A stretch of 64,000 bases of DNA. Origin: an uncultured Pseudomonadota bacterium. GTDB lineage: Bacteria; Myxococcota_A; Polyangia; Fen-1088. Position 1 is the stretch's first letter. Each line of letters opens with the position of its first letter. The stretch lies in assembly GCA_963847705.1 (NCBI GenBank), contig CAWKBC010000027.1, forward strand, positions 704,001 to 768,000, read 5' to 3'. Below are positions 25,947-35,397 of this stretch, one piece after another. The notes under the pieces are model-generated. The model saw only the letters and a list, made by a program, of their open reading frames with translations, was not told the DNA's origin and searched no databases. Both the position numbers and the translations under genes were made by a program.

Positions 25947-27032
25947 ATGTCGTCACGTATCCCTGTTGCCGTGGTGGGTGCGACCGGTCTTGCCGGACAG
26001 CAGTTCCTGGCGTCCCTGGCTGGTCACCCGATGTTCGAGATTCGCAAGCTGGCGGCGTCGAGCCGCTCGGCCGGCAAGAAGTTCGCCGACGCCGTGAAGG
26101 ATGACAAGGGGGCCTCGAAGTGGTTCTGCTCGGAGCCGCTCTCGGCCGAGCACGCCGGGATCACCGTCGAGGACTCGGCCCACATGACCAACGACGGCAT
26201 CCGGCTGGTGTTCTCGGCCGTCGAGGCCGACGTGGCCAAGGTGATCGAGCCCAAGTGCGCGGCCGACATCCCGGTCATCTCGACCGCCAGCGCCTTCCGC
26301 TACGAGCCCGACGTGCCGGTGTTTCTCCCCGGCGTGAACTGGGACCACGCGGCGCTCATCGACATTCAGCGCAAGAAGCGCGGCTGGAAGGGGTTCGTCT
26401 CCCCCGGTCCGAACTGCACCACCGTCGGCCTGGCGATGACGCTCAAGCCGCTCGACGATCTGTTCGGCGTCTCGCGGGTGATCATGACGTCGATGCAGGC
26501 CCTCTCGGGCGCCGGCCGCTCGCCGGGGGTCTCGGCGATGGACATCCTCGACAACATCATCCCCTACATCCCCAAGGAAGAGGAGAAGGTCGAGACCGAG
26601 ACCCACAAGATCCTGGGCAAGCTGGTGGGCGGCGAGATTGTCCCGGCGCCGGTGACGGTGTCGTGCACCTGCACGCGCGTCAACGTCATGGAGGGGCACA
26701 CCGAGTCGGTGTTCGTCGAGCTCAAGAAGAAGGCGGGGCTCGACGAGGTCAAGGCGGCCTGGCGCGAGTTCGGCGCCGAGATGGCCGGCCTCAAGCTGCC
26801 GTCGGCGCCCAAGCACCTCATCTCGGTGAGCGACGATCCGTTTCGCCCGCAGGTCCGTCTCGATCGCGACGCCGAAGGCGGCATGTCGACCGTCGTCGGC
26901 CGCCTGCGCTCGGACCCGGTGCTGGCGAACGGCATCAAGTACCTGCTCGTCTCGCACAACACCCGCATGGGCGCGGCACGCGGCGCCATCCTGGTCGCCG
27001 AGTACCTGACGACCAAGGGCTACATCAAGTAG
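25947..27032 (+). CDS. asd: Aspartate-semialdehyde dehydrogenase (archaeal/fungal-like type)
   Basis: VVGATGLAGQ, PNCTT, QALSGAG, DNIIPYI, RPQVRLDR and SHNTRMGAA. Confidence 0.93.
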   Translation: MSSRIPVAVVGATGLAGQQFLASLAGHPMFEIRKLAASSRSAGKKFADAVKDDKGASKWFCSEPLSAEHAGITVEDSAHMTNDGIRLVFSAVEADVAKVIEPKCAADIPVISTASAFRYEPDVPVFLPGVNWDHAALIDIQRKKRGWKGFVSPGPNCTTVGLAMTLKPLDDLFGVSRVIMTSMQALSGAGRSPGVSAMDILDNIIPYIPKEEEKVETETHKILGKLVGGEIVPAPVTVSCTCTRVNVMEGHTESVFVELKKKAGLDEVKAAWREFGAEMAGLKLPSAPKHLISVSDDPFRPQVRLDRDAEGGMSTVVGRLRSDPVLANGIKYLLVSHNTRMGAARGAILVAEYLTTKGYIK

Positions 27033-27057
27033 GCGACCTCAGGCGGCGCGCCCCCGG

Positions 27058-29824
27058 TCAGGGCGCGTCGCCCTGCGCGGCCTGGCCGGCTTTCTCGCGG
27101 GCCAGGTCGCGTCGCTTGCGGGCCGAGGTGTCGGTGGGGTCGCGCGCCACGGCGGCGTTGTATTCGCGCAACGCCTCCCGGTAGCGCTCGAGGTAAAAGT
27201 AGACGTCGCCGACCAGCAGGCGGCCGTTGATCTCGGCGCCGGCGGCGATCGCCTGGCGCCCCTGGCGGATGGCCTCCTGGTAGTCGCCGCGATCGAACGC
27301 CGTCTGCCCCCGGGTCAGGATGGCCGTCGTGTCGCCCAGCGTCGCGCGCGGCAGCGGCGAGGTGGCTGGCGCGGTCTTGACGGCGCGCGCCTCGCCCGGG
27401 GGCTCGGGAGCCGAGGCCTCGGGGGCTGGCGAGGTCGGCTGGGCCGCGGGCGTCCGGCCGACCGATGCTGGCGAATCGGGCGTCACCAGATGGCGCCCGG
27501 ACGCGGCCACCACCTTGCGCGGCTCGATGTCCACCGGGGCGTGCGTCGGCGCGACGACGACGGCGGACGCCAGGGCCGGCGGCGTCGGGAGAGGCGGTGT
27601 CGCGGGCGGCGGTGTTGCCGGCTGGGCCGACGGCGCGGCGCGCGTCGCGGTGGTCTCGGCGGGGGCGCGGGGCGCCTCCTCCTCCCGCAAGAGGCGCAGC
27701 CCAACCAGCGCGAACGCCGCAAGCAACACCCCCGCCACCACGGCCGGGCCGCGCAGGCGGACGCGGCGACCGCCGATCGGAACGGAGGCCGACGGCGTGA
27801 TGACCGTGTCGGCGCTCCCCATCGGCATCCTCGGCGTCGCCAGCGAGCCACTCGGCATTCGAGCCGGCGAAGGCGCCCCCTCGGCGGTCATGAGGCAGGC
27901 CAGGACCTGTTCCTTGAGCGCGGCCATCGAGAATCTGACGATCGCTCGGCGTGCGGGCGAGCGCGCGCATGACCAGCTTCTGCACCCCGCGTGGCAGGTC
28001 GGGGCGGAGCTCGCCGATGGGCCGGGGATCCTCGCTCGCCTTCCGCTGCAGCACCTCGATCGCGTCGTCGCCCGTGCAGGGCTGGGTGGCGGTCAGCATC
28101 TCGTAGAGCAGCCCACCCACGGCGTAGACGTCGGTCAGGGCGTCCGCGGTCTTGCCGGCCGCCTGCTCGGGGGCCATGTAGGCGGGCGTGCCGATCGCGA
28201 TGTCGGGGCGGGTGAGGGCGGCGCCGACGGCCAGATCGAGATCCTTGGAGATCCCGAAGTCGAGGACCTTCACGAAGTCGGCCTCGTCGTTCCGGTTCAC
28301 CAGCATGACGTTGGCCGGCTTCAGATCGCGATGGATGACCTCGGCGGCGTGCGCGGCCTCGAGCGCGCGGGCGATCTGCGCGGTCACCAGCAGGGCCCGC
28401 TCGACCGGCAGCGGCCCGGTCCGCAGGATCAAATCCTCCAGGTTGACCCCGTCGAGGAACTCCATGACGAAGTAGAAGGCGCCGTCTGGCGTGGTCCCTG
28501 AATCGGTGACGTCGACGATGTTCGGGTGGCCGATCTTCGAGGCGGCGCGCGCCTCGCGCCTGAATCTCTCGACCAGATCGGCGCTGTGGTGAAAGCGGGC
28601 GTGCAGGACCTTGATGGCCACGCGCCGGCCGATGTCGATGTGCTGGGCCTCGTAGACCCGCCCCATGGCCCCTTCGCCGCAGAGGCGCCGGATGTGGTAG
28701 CGCCCGCCCAGGGTGGTCCCGATCCGGGGATCCAGGCCCTCCTGTCGCTGCGAGTCGCTGAGCGGCGACACCGGCGGGACGCCGTCTCCCGCCGAGGGGA
28801 CGCGGTGTCTTGCCGAAGGGATGCCGTGCCCCCCCGAGAGCATCGCCCGCGAGCCGGCAATCAACCGCTCGCGCTCCCGCTTCTCCTCGCGGGCGTCGTC
28901 GGCGAACAGCGGTCGCAGGAAGCCGGCCAGGCGATCGGCGTCGGTCTTGGGCGCCGTCTCGGCCAGGAACGCCGCCAGATCGGCGCGCAGGAGCTCGGCG
29001 CTCGGGTAGCGCGCCTCGCGCTCGACGGCCAGCGCCCGCATGACGATGCGGTCGAGCTCGGGCGGGACGCGGCCGCTGATCGTCGAGGGGGGGACCACCT
29101 CGGGGTTGCGGGCCCGGGCCATCGCGTCGGGGTTTGGCTGGTCGGCGGGGCTGGCGATCGGAAAGAGCTGGCGCCCGGTCAGGAGCTCCCAGAGCAGGAT
29201 CCCGGCCGCGTAGATGTCGACCCGGCCGTCGAGCGACTGCCGGCGCGCCTGCTCCGGCGACAGGTAGGAGAGCTTGCCGTAGACGATCCCCGGCGTGGTC
29301 CGCTCCATCTTGAGGATCGACATCGCCAGCCCGAAGTCGGTCAGCTTCACCTCGCCGCTGTAAGAGAGGAGAACGTTGGCCGGCGAGACGTCGCGGTGGA
29401 CCAGCTTGAGATCTTCGAAGGCGTGCGCGTAGACCAGCGCCCGCGTGACCTCCTTGACGATGTAGACCGAGATGTCGACGGGGAAGGGGACCCGCCTGTC
29501 GGCGCAGCGGTTCCAGGTCGCCAGCAGATCCTTGCCGTCGACGTACTCCATCGCCAGGAAGATCTGTCCCCCCTGCATGCCGGCGTCGAACACGCTGACC
29601 AGGTTCCCGTGCGCCAGGCGCATGGCGACCAGCGCCTCGTCGTGAAATCGTCGCGAGTTCTCCGAGGCGCCGAGGTCGGGAATCACCTGCTTGATCACGC
29701 AGAGCTTCTCGAGGCCCGGCGTCCCGGTCAGCGCGAGGTGAAGCTGCCCCATCCCCCCGCGGGCAAGCGGCTTCAGGAGCACGTAGTTGTCAAACCGTCG
29801 CGGAAACCCGCCCTGTCCCGTCAC
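27058..29824 (-). CDS. Ser/Thr protein kinase with two tandem kinase domains, TM segment, Pro-rich stalk and C-terminal TPR; frameshifted near 27930
   Basis: Two complete kinase motif sets (HRDVSPAN/DFG and HRDLKPAN/DFG). The typical ending ...PSDRQ-(S)MAALKEQ continues in another frame (ORF 27058-27927). Confidence 0.85.
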
Positions 29825-29879
29825 GGCCGGGATTTTACATTGCGCCGCGTGCGAATGAGACGTGACATATTCGAGGGGT

Positions 29880-31271
29880 ATGGACGATTTTCGGTCAACG
29901 GGTGTCGAGGCCCCGGCTTCGACGACGGCAGTGCCTGCCCCCACGCTTCCCTCGTCGTTGGCGGGCCGGCGCATCGTCCTCGGGATCAGCGGGGGGATCG
30001 CGGCCTACAAGGCGGCCGAGCTCTGCCGGCTGCTGGTCAAGGCCGGCGCGACCGTGCGGGTGGTGATGACCGACGCCGCGACCCAGTTCATCACCCCGTT
30101 GACCATGCAGACACTGTCGGGCGCCCCGGTGTCGCGTGAGCTGTTCGACCTCGGCAGCGAGGCCGAGATCGGGCACATCCAGCTGGCGGACGAGGCCGAT
30201 CTCTTGATCGTTGCCCCGGCGACGGCCGACGCCATCGCGCGCCTGGCGGCCGGGATGGCCAACGATCTGCTGACGGCGGTCGTGCTGGCCTCGAAGGCGC
30301 CGCTTCTGCTGGCGCCCGCGATGAACGTGAACATGTGGGAGAACCCGCTGACCCAGGCAAACCTCGGCCGGCTGCTGAGCCCCGCCGGCGGTGGCCGTGT
30401 CTCGACCGTCGGTCCCGACAGCGGGGAGCTGGCCTGTGGATGGATCGGTGCCGGCCGGCTGATCGAGCCGGCGGAGATCGTGGCTGCGGCGGCGCGCCTC
30501 CTGGCGCCGGCGGATCTGGCCGGCCGGCGCCTGGTCGTGACGGCCGGACCGACGCGCGAGCCGGTCGACGACGTCCGATTTCTCGGCAACCGGTCGTCGG
30601 GGAAGATGGGCGCCGCGCTGGCGGCTGCGGCGGCGGCGCGTGGCGCCGAGGTGACATTGCTGGCCGGGCCGGGGACCCCGCACGTCCAGGCCAGCGGCGG
30701 GGCCGGTGGCGGTGGTGGCGGTGGATCGATCGCCCGCATCGAGATCGAGACCGCCGCCGATCTGGAGCGCGCGCTGGCCTCGGTCACCCCGGACGCCGAC
30801 GCAGTCGTGATGGCCGCAGCGGTGGCCGACTTCCGTCCGCGCACGCGGGCAGCGGGCAAGCTCTCGCGGCGCGACGCCGGCGGCGACCTGACACTGGAGC
30901 TCACCGCCGTCCCCGATCTCCTGGCCGGGCTGGCCCAGGCCCGCAAAAACGGCCGTCCGTTCTTGATCGGGTTCGCAGCCGAGCTCGGGGGCGGCGGGGC
31001 GCTGGAGGCACGGGCCAGCGGTAAGCTGCGCGAAAAGGGGTGCGACGCGATCGTGGCCAACGACGTGAGCGCCCCCGGCATCGGCTTCGACGCCGACGAC
31101 AACGCGGTGACGGTGCTGTTCGCCGACGGCAGCCGCGTCGACATCCCACGCGCCTCGAAGCGGGCGGTGGCCGATCGGCTGTGGGGGCTGTTCGCCTCCC
31201 GGCTGCCGCCCAAGGGCGAGGGGAAGGGCAACGCCAAGGAGAAGGAGGCGCGCCAGAGCCCGCATGCCTGA
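29880..31271 (+). CDS. coaBC: Bifunctional phosphopantothenoylcysteine decarboxylase/synthetase
   Basis: GGIAAYKA, APATAD, APAMNVNM, TAGPTRE..DDVRFLGNRSSGKMG, AAVADF and IVANDV. Confidence 0.96.
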   Translation: MDDFRSTGVEAPASTTAVPAPTLPSSLAGRRIVLGISGGIAAYKAAELCRLLVKAGATVRVVMTDAATQFITPLTMQTLSGAPVSRELFDLGSEAEIGHIQLADEADLLIVAPATADAIARLAAGMANDLLTAVVLASKAPLLLAPAMNVNMWENPLTQANLGRLLSPAGGGRVSTVGPDSGELACGWIGAGRLIEPAEIVAAAARLLAPADLAGRRLVVTAGPTREPVDDVRFLGNRSSGKMGAALAAAAAARGAEVTLLAGPGTPHVQASGGAGGGGGGGSIARIEIETAADLERALASVTPDADAVVMAAAVADFRPRTRAAGKLSRRDAGGDLTLELTAVPDLLAGLAQARKNGRPFLIGFAAELGGGGALEARASGKLREKGCDAIVANDVSAPGIGFDADDNAVTVLFADGSRVDIPRASKRAVADRLWGLFASRLPPKGEGKGNAKEKEARQSPHA

Positions 31272-32283
31272 CCCGCGCCTCAAGAGCTACGCGCCGCAAG
31301 CGGTGCGCCACCTGGCGGCAGCAGGCAGCGTGATGGTCGCGCGCCAGGCGACCGCCGGCAGATACCAGGGCCACGTCCCGCCCTGGCCCGGGGCGCCCGA
31401 TCCCGACTTTCACGCCACCTTGGCGGCGGTCTGGATCTGGGCGCGCCACCAGCGCCTCTCGGGGGTCGAGAAGTTCACCGTCGCCCGGACCGCCGCCTGG
31501 GGTTTTCTCCATGGGGCGGCGCCGCGCTTCGTCCCGGACGCCATCGACAGCGCCACCGATGACGAGGCGGCCTTCGACTGCGCCATGGTGCTCTGGGCCG
31601 TGGCCGCGGAGCAGGCGCTCGGGCGAATCGATGCGCGCCGGCAGGCGATCGCCGATCGCGCCGCCCGCGTGCTGTCGACGCACCTGGGGGTGCTCCACGA
31701 TCTCTCGGGGCGCGAGTTCCGGGATCCCGGGTTCCTCGCGCTGGCGCTGCTCGAGTACGCGCGGGCGTTCGATGATCGCGGGCTCCTGGCCAGCGGGCGA
31801 AGGTTCGTGGAGCGGGCGTTCGGGATGAAGGCGCCGGCGCCCTTCGCGGCCGAGCCGGCGCCGCTCGGCGGCCTCTTCGACTTCTCCTCCACCACCGCCA
31901 CCCGGATGCTGGCCGTGATCGCCGCCGAGGGGAACACGCCGTTCGTCGGGGCCTGGCTGCGCGAACGGATCGCCTCCGGCACTCCGCGGGCCTTCACCCC
32001 CCGCAGGCTCGACGAGAACAGCTGGAACGCCTGCGTCGCCTGGGCCCTGGGCCGTGCCTACGCCATCGCCACCGATCCGGTGTTTCTGGAGGGCTACACC
32101 ACGATCCTCGACGAGATCGAACGCCGCGATCGCGACCACGACGGGGCGCTCGGCCGGGACGCGACGGTGCGCGTCGCCGAGGTGATGCCGACCTTCTATT
32201 ACGCGCTGGCCGTCGACGCCCTGGTGACGCCCGAGAACGCGAGCCTCGGACGCGCCGAGGCGGGGGGCGGGCGTGGCCGCTGA
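31264..32283 (+). CDS. Hypothetical all-helical protein (possible alpha/alpha-toroid)
   Basis: It overlaps both neighbours, has good codon bias and shows repeated helices with aromatic/acidic motifs. I recognise no family. Confidence 0.65.
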   Translation: MPDPRLKSYAPQAVRHLAAAGSVMVARQATAGRYQGHVPPWPGAPDPDFHATLAAVWIWARHQRLSGVEKFTVARTAAWGFLHGAAPRFVPDAIDSATDDEAAFDCAMVLWAVAAEQALGRIDARRQAIADRAARVLSTHLGVLHDLSGREFRDPGFLALALLEYARAFDDRGLLASGRRFVERAFGMKAPAPFAAEPAPLGGLFDFSSTTATRMLAVIAAEGNTPFVGAWLRERIASGTPRAFTPRRLDENSWNACVAWALGRAYAIATDPVFLEGYTTILDEIERRDRDHDGALGRDATVRVAEVMPTFYYALAVDALVTPENASLGRAEAGGGRGR

Positions 32284-33196
32284 CGGCGAACAGAAGGGGG
32301 AGGGGGCGACTGGCGAGCGCGAGGAGCTGCGCACGCTGGTGGCACAGCTCCGGACCAACATCGCCGCGCGCGGGCGCTCGGGCCTCCTCGGCGTGGCGAT
32401 GACGGTGGGCGCGCCGAAGAAGGCGGCCGCCCCCGCCACGGTGTCACCGCCGCCGCTCTCGCCCCCGCCACCGCAAGCCGTGACCATGAAACCATCCCAA
32501 TCCGCAAAATCCCAAGACCATCAAGCCCCTCGAGACCCCCAAGATGGCCAAGATGGTCAAGATGGCCAAGATCCCCGACGAGACGAAGAGCGAGATCCCA
32601 GCGCCCCGCGCGGCGCGGCTGGCCTCGGGCTGGTGCGAGAGGAGCTCGGCGACTGCAGGCGCTGCAAGCTCTGCAACACCCGGACGAACATCGTGTTCGG
32701 CGTCGGCAACCCCGACTCCCACCTGGTGTTCGTGGGCGAGGCGCCCGGCGCCGACGAAGACGCGCAGGGGGAGCCGTTCGTCGGCAAGGCGGGGCAGCTC
32801 TTGACGAAGATGATCGAGGCGATGGGCTACGCGCGGGGCGACGTCTACATCTGCAACGTCCTCAAGTGCCGCCCGCCCGGCAACCGCAACCCCGAGCCCG
32901 ACGAGGTGGCGAGCTGTGAGCCATTCTTGAAGAAGCAGCTCGGCGCCATCCGGCCGCGGATGATCGTGGCGCTGGGGAAGTTCGCGGTGCAGTGCCTGCT
33001 GCGCGACGATTCGCCGATCAGCCGGCTGCGCGGCAACCTGCGCACCTACGAGGGGATCCCGCTCATGCCCACCTTCCACCCGGCGTACCTCCTGCGCGAT
33101 CCCAGCAAGAAGAAGCTGGCCTGGGATGACCTCAAGGCGGTGAACGCGGCGCTGGCCAAGGTGGGGATCGCGCCGCCGCGGCCCCCCGCCGCCTGA
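32273..33196 (+). CDS. Uracil-DNA glycosylase family 4 (Fe-S)
   Basis: [34 protein letters not shown] and [10 protein letters not shown]. Confidence 0.93.
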   Translation: MAADGEQKGEGATGEREELRTLVAQLRTNIAARGRSGLLGVAMTVGAPKKAAAPATVSPPPLSPPPPQAVTMKPSQSAKSQDHQAPRDPQDGQDGQDGQDPRRDEERDPSAPRGAAGLGLVREELGDCRRCKLCNTRTNIVFGVGNPDSHLVFVGEAPGADEDAQGEPFVGKAGQLLTKMIEAMGYARGDVYICNVLKCRPPGNRNPEPDEVASCEPFLKKQLGAIRPRMIVALGKFAVQCLLRDDSPISRLRGNLRTYEGIPLMPTFHPAYLLRDPSKKKLAWDDLKAVNAALAKVGIAPPRPPAA

Positions 33197-33298
33197 CGCC
33201 GTCACCGCCGACGATTGGACGATTGATCGCGTGGGCGGAGGCGAGCTTGGCTCGCCGGAGCCCGTCGCGGGAGGGAGCGGGAGCCAAGACAGAGGGAG

Positions 33299-33321
33299 CG
33301 GGAACCCTCCCAGGGTTCCCG
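33299..33321. repeat. REP-like palindrome
   Basis: CGGGAACCCT-ccc-AGGGTTCCCG forms a perfect 10-bp stem in an intergenic region. Confidence 0.6.
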
Positions 33322-33334
33322 AACTTGCTGTAGC

Positions 33335-34090
33335 ATGGTGCCCGCCGTGTCCCCCGCCATGGTTCGTGGAGTCTTGTTTGTGTCCCCCCTCGCGACGTTG
33401 CTGGCCCTCGGCTGCGGCGGCTCACCCGAGGAGCTCTACAACCGAGGTCAGGCTTCGTTCAAACAGGACAAGCTCGAACCGGCGATCTCCAACCTGGAGT
33501 CTTTCGTCGGTAAGAGCTGCGGCCCGACCGGCGTTCACGCGCACTGCCGGCAGGCCTACCTCACGCTCGGCCACGCGTATGAAAAGCGCGAGGCGCCGGG
33601 CAAGGCCTGGGCGGCGTACGATTCGGCGCTGACGTTCGGCCCCCACGCCGCGGACGAGGCGATTCAGAGCGACCGCGATCGGATGCACGATCTCCTCGCC
33701 GCGCGGCAAGAGAAGGAGACCGGGCGCGCCCCCGTCATCATTCGCTACCGCGACGAGGTGACCGAGGAGTACACGCCGCGCTCGGTGATCATCTCGCTCG
33801 ACTTCCAGCCGGTCGTCACCCGCGACAAGGACGTCGCCGAGCTGCACAGCCCGGACTTCCGGCGGCTCTACAGCGCGTCGGTCCCGGCCGGCGAGCACGT
33901 CCTGGTGGTCGAGATGGCGCACGACTGCGCCCCCAGCGGCGGACCGCATTGCGCGCGCTCGCGGGTTCACAAGGCCTGGCCCTTCAGCGCCGCCGCCCAC
34001 ACCCCGTCGACGATCGAGATTCGTGCCTACGCCCAGAGCGGCGAGGGGGACAACCCTTCGCGACCCGCGCTGGAAGTCGGTAGTCGATAG
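33335..34090 (+). CDS. Hypothetical lipoprotein with N-terminal TPR-like region
   Basis: Lipobox LALGC, then EELYNRG...AYLTLGHAYE helices and a beta-rich C-terminal half with Cys pairs. Confidence 0.75.
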   Translation: MVPAVSPAMVRGVLFVSPLATLLALGCGGSPEELYNRGQASFKQDKLEPAISNLESFVGKSCGPTGVHAHCRQAYLTLGHAYEKREAPGKAWAAYDSALTFGPHAADEAIQSDRDRMHDLLAARQEKETGRAPVIIRYRDEVTEEYTPRSVIISLDFQPVVTRDKDVAELHSPDFRRLYSASVPAGEHVLVVEMAHDCAPSGGPHCARSRVHKAWPFSAAAHTPSTIEIRAYAQSGEGDNPSRPALEVGSR

Positions 34091-34092
34091 AC

Positions 34093-34117
34093 TGTGGGAC
34101 CCTCAAAGGGTCCCACA
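34093..34117. terminator. Palindrome between convergent genes (REP-like or bidirectional terminator)
   Basis: TGTGGGACCCT-caa-AGGGTCCCACA forms a perfect 11-bp stem. Confidence 0.6.
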
Positions 34118-34191
34118 CCCCCCGCGATGAGCTCCCACCGGCGGAGCCCGTCCTCGCTCGACGCGATCTACTGCGGGATCTCTCTCCGGGG

Positions 34192-35397
34192 TCAGCGGCC
34201 GGGTGGGGCGGCGGGTGGCTTCGTCTCGACGACCTGGACGGGGCTGCCGTCCTGGACGGAGCTTCCGAGGTCGAGGGCGACCCGGGTGCTCGGCTCGACG
34301 CCGCTGACCAGGCGGACGACCTGCCCGTCGTCGCTGGCGACCACCACGGGCTTGTAGTGAACGTGCCCGCTGCCGTCGATGATGGCAACCGTCGGCTTGT
34401 CACCGCGCGTGACCAGCGCTTCGGCCGGCATCTCCAGCAGCGGGGGGATGCGCACGTCCAGGGTCACCTGGACGTAGCTGCCGGGGACGATCAGGTGGTC
34501 GTCGTTGCTGATGTCGACCTCGGTCAGCATGGTGCGCGTTCGCGGCGACAGCTGGCCGCTGGTGCGCGCGATCTTGGCCTGGCGCGACCAGCCGGGTCGC
34601 TCGGGGACGGTGACGACGGCGGTGTCGCCGGCGTGGACGAACGGAGCGCTCGACTGGTCGACGTAGACATAGACGCGCAGCTGGTCCCCCGTGGAGACCG
34701 AAACGATGGGGACGGCGCCGCTCTGGGCGTTGGCGGCGCTCTGGATCAGCGTGCCGGGATCGGCGAAGCGCGCGCTGATGACGCCGTCGAACGGCGCCCG
34801 GATCACCCGGTAGCCGCGCTGGGTGGCGATCGCCGACTGGGTCGCGTCGGCCACGTCGGCCGTGGCCTGTCCCAGCTCCAGCTCCTGCGCCGATACCACG
34901 CCCGCCGGCGCCAGCGCGGTGAGACGCTTGGCGTTCACCCGCTTGTTGCGCGCGTCGGCGACGGCGGCGTTGTATTGGGCGTCCAGCTCGGGGGCGGTGA
35001 CCACCGCGATGAGCTGGTTCTTCTTCACCCGATCGCCCTTGTCGACCTTGAGATCGGAGAGGAAGCCGGCCACCTTGGCGTAGAGCGTGACCTCGAAGAA
35101 GGGTCGCGCTTCTCCTTGCAGCGACAGGTGGCGGATGCCGGGGGCCTGCTTGACGGTCGCCACCCGGACGCGCGGGCCCAGCTTCACGTCGGCCTCGCGC
35201 GACTGGGCGTCGTCGCGTGCCTCGTGGTTGCGGTGCCGGCCGATCCCCACCACGCCGATCACCACCGCCGCAAAGATGAGGATCCCGACGGTGTAGAACA
35301 GCCCCGAGCGCCGGGGCTCCGGCGGGCGGGGGTCGCTGGGATCGCCTGCGGGCGGCAGCTCGTCCTCCAGCTGTTCGACCGGGCGGGGGGACGACAT
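34192..35397 (-). CDS. RND efflux periplasmic adaptor (membrane fusion protein)
   Basis: N-terminal TM, YAKVAGFL...VDKGDRVKK, IRAPFDGVI and PGSYVQV. Confidence 0.93.
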   Translation of the reverse strand: MSSPRPVEQLEDELPPAGDPSDPRPPEPRRSGLFYTVGILIFAAVVIGVVGIGRHRNHEARDDAQSREADVKLGPRVRVATVKQAPGIRHLSLQGEARPFFEVTLYAKVAGFLSDLKVDKGDRVKKNQLIAVVTAPELDAQYNAAVADARNKRVNAKRLTALAPAGVVSAQELELGQATADVADATQSAIATQRGYRVIRAPFDGVISARFADPGTLIQSAANAQSGAVPIVSVSTGDQLRVYVYVDQSSAPFVHAGDTAVVTVPERPGWSRQAKIARTSGQLSPRTRTMLTEVDISNDDHLIVPGSYVQVTLDVRIPPLLEMPAEALVTRGDKPTVAIIDGSGHVHYKPVVVASDDGQVVRLVSGVEPSTRVALDLGSSVQDGSPVQVVETKPPAAPPGR

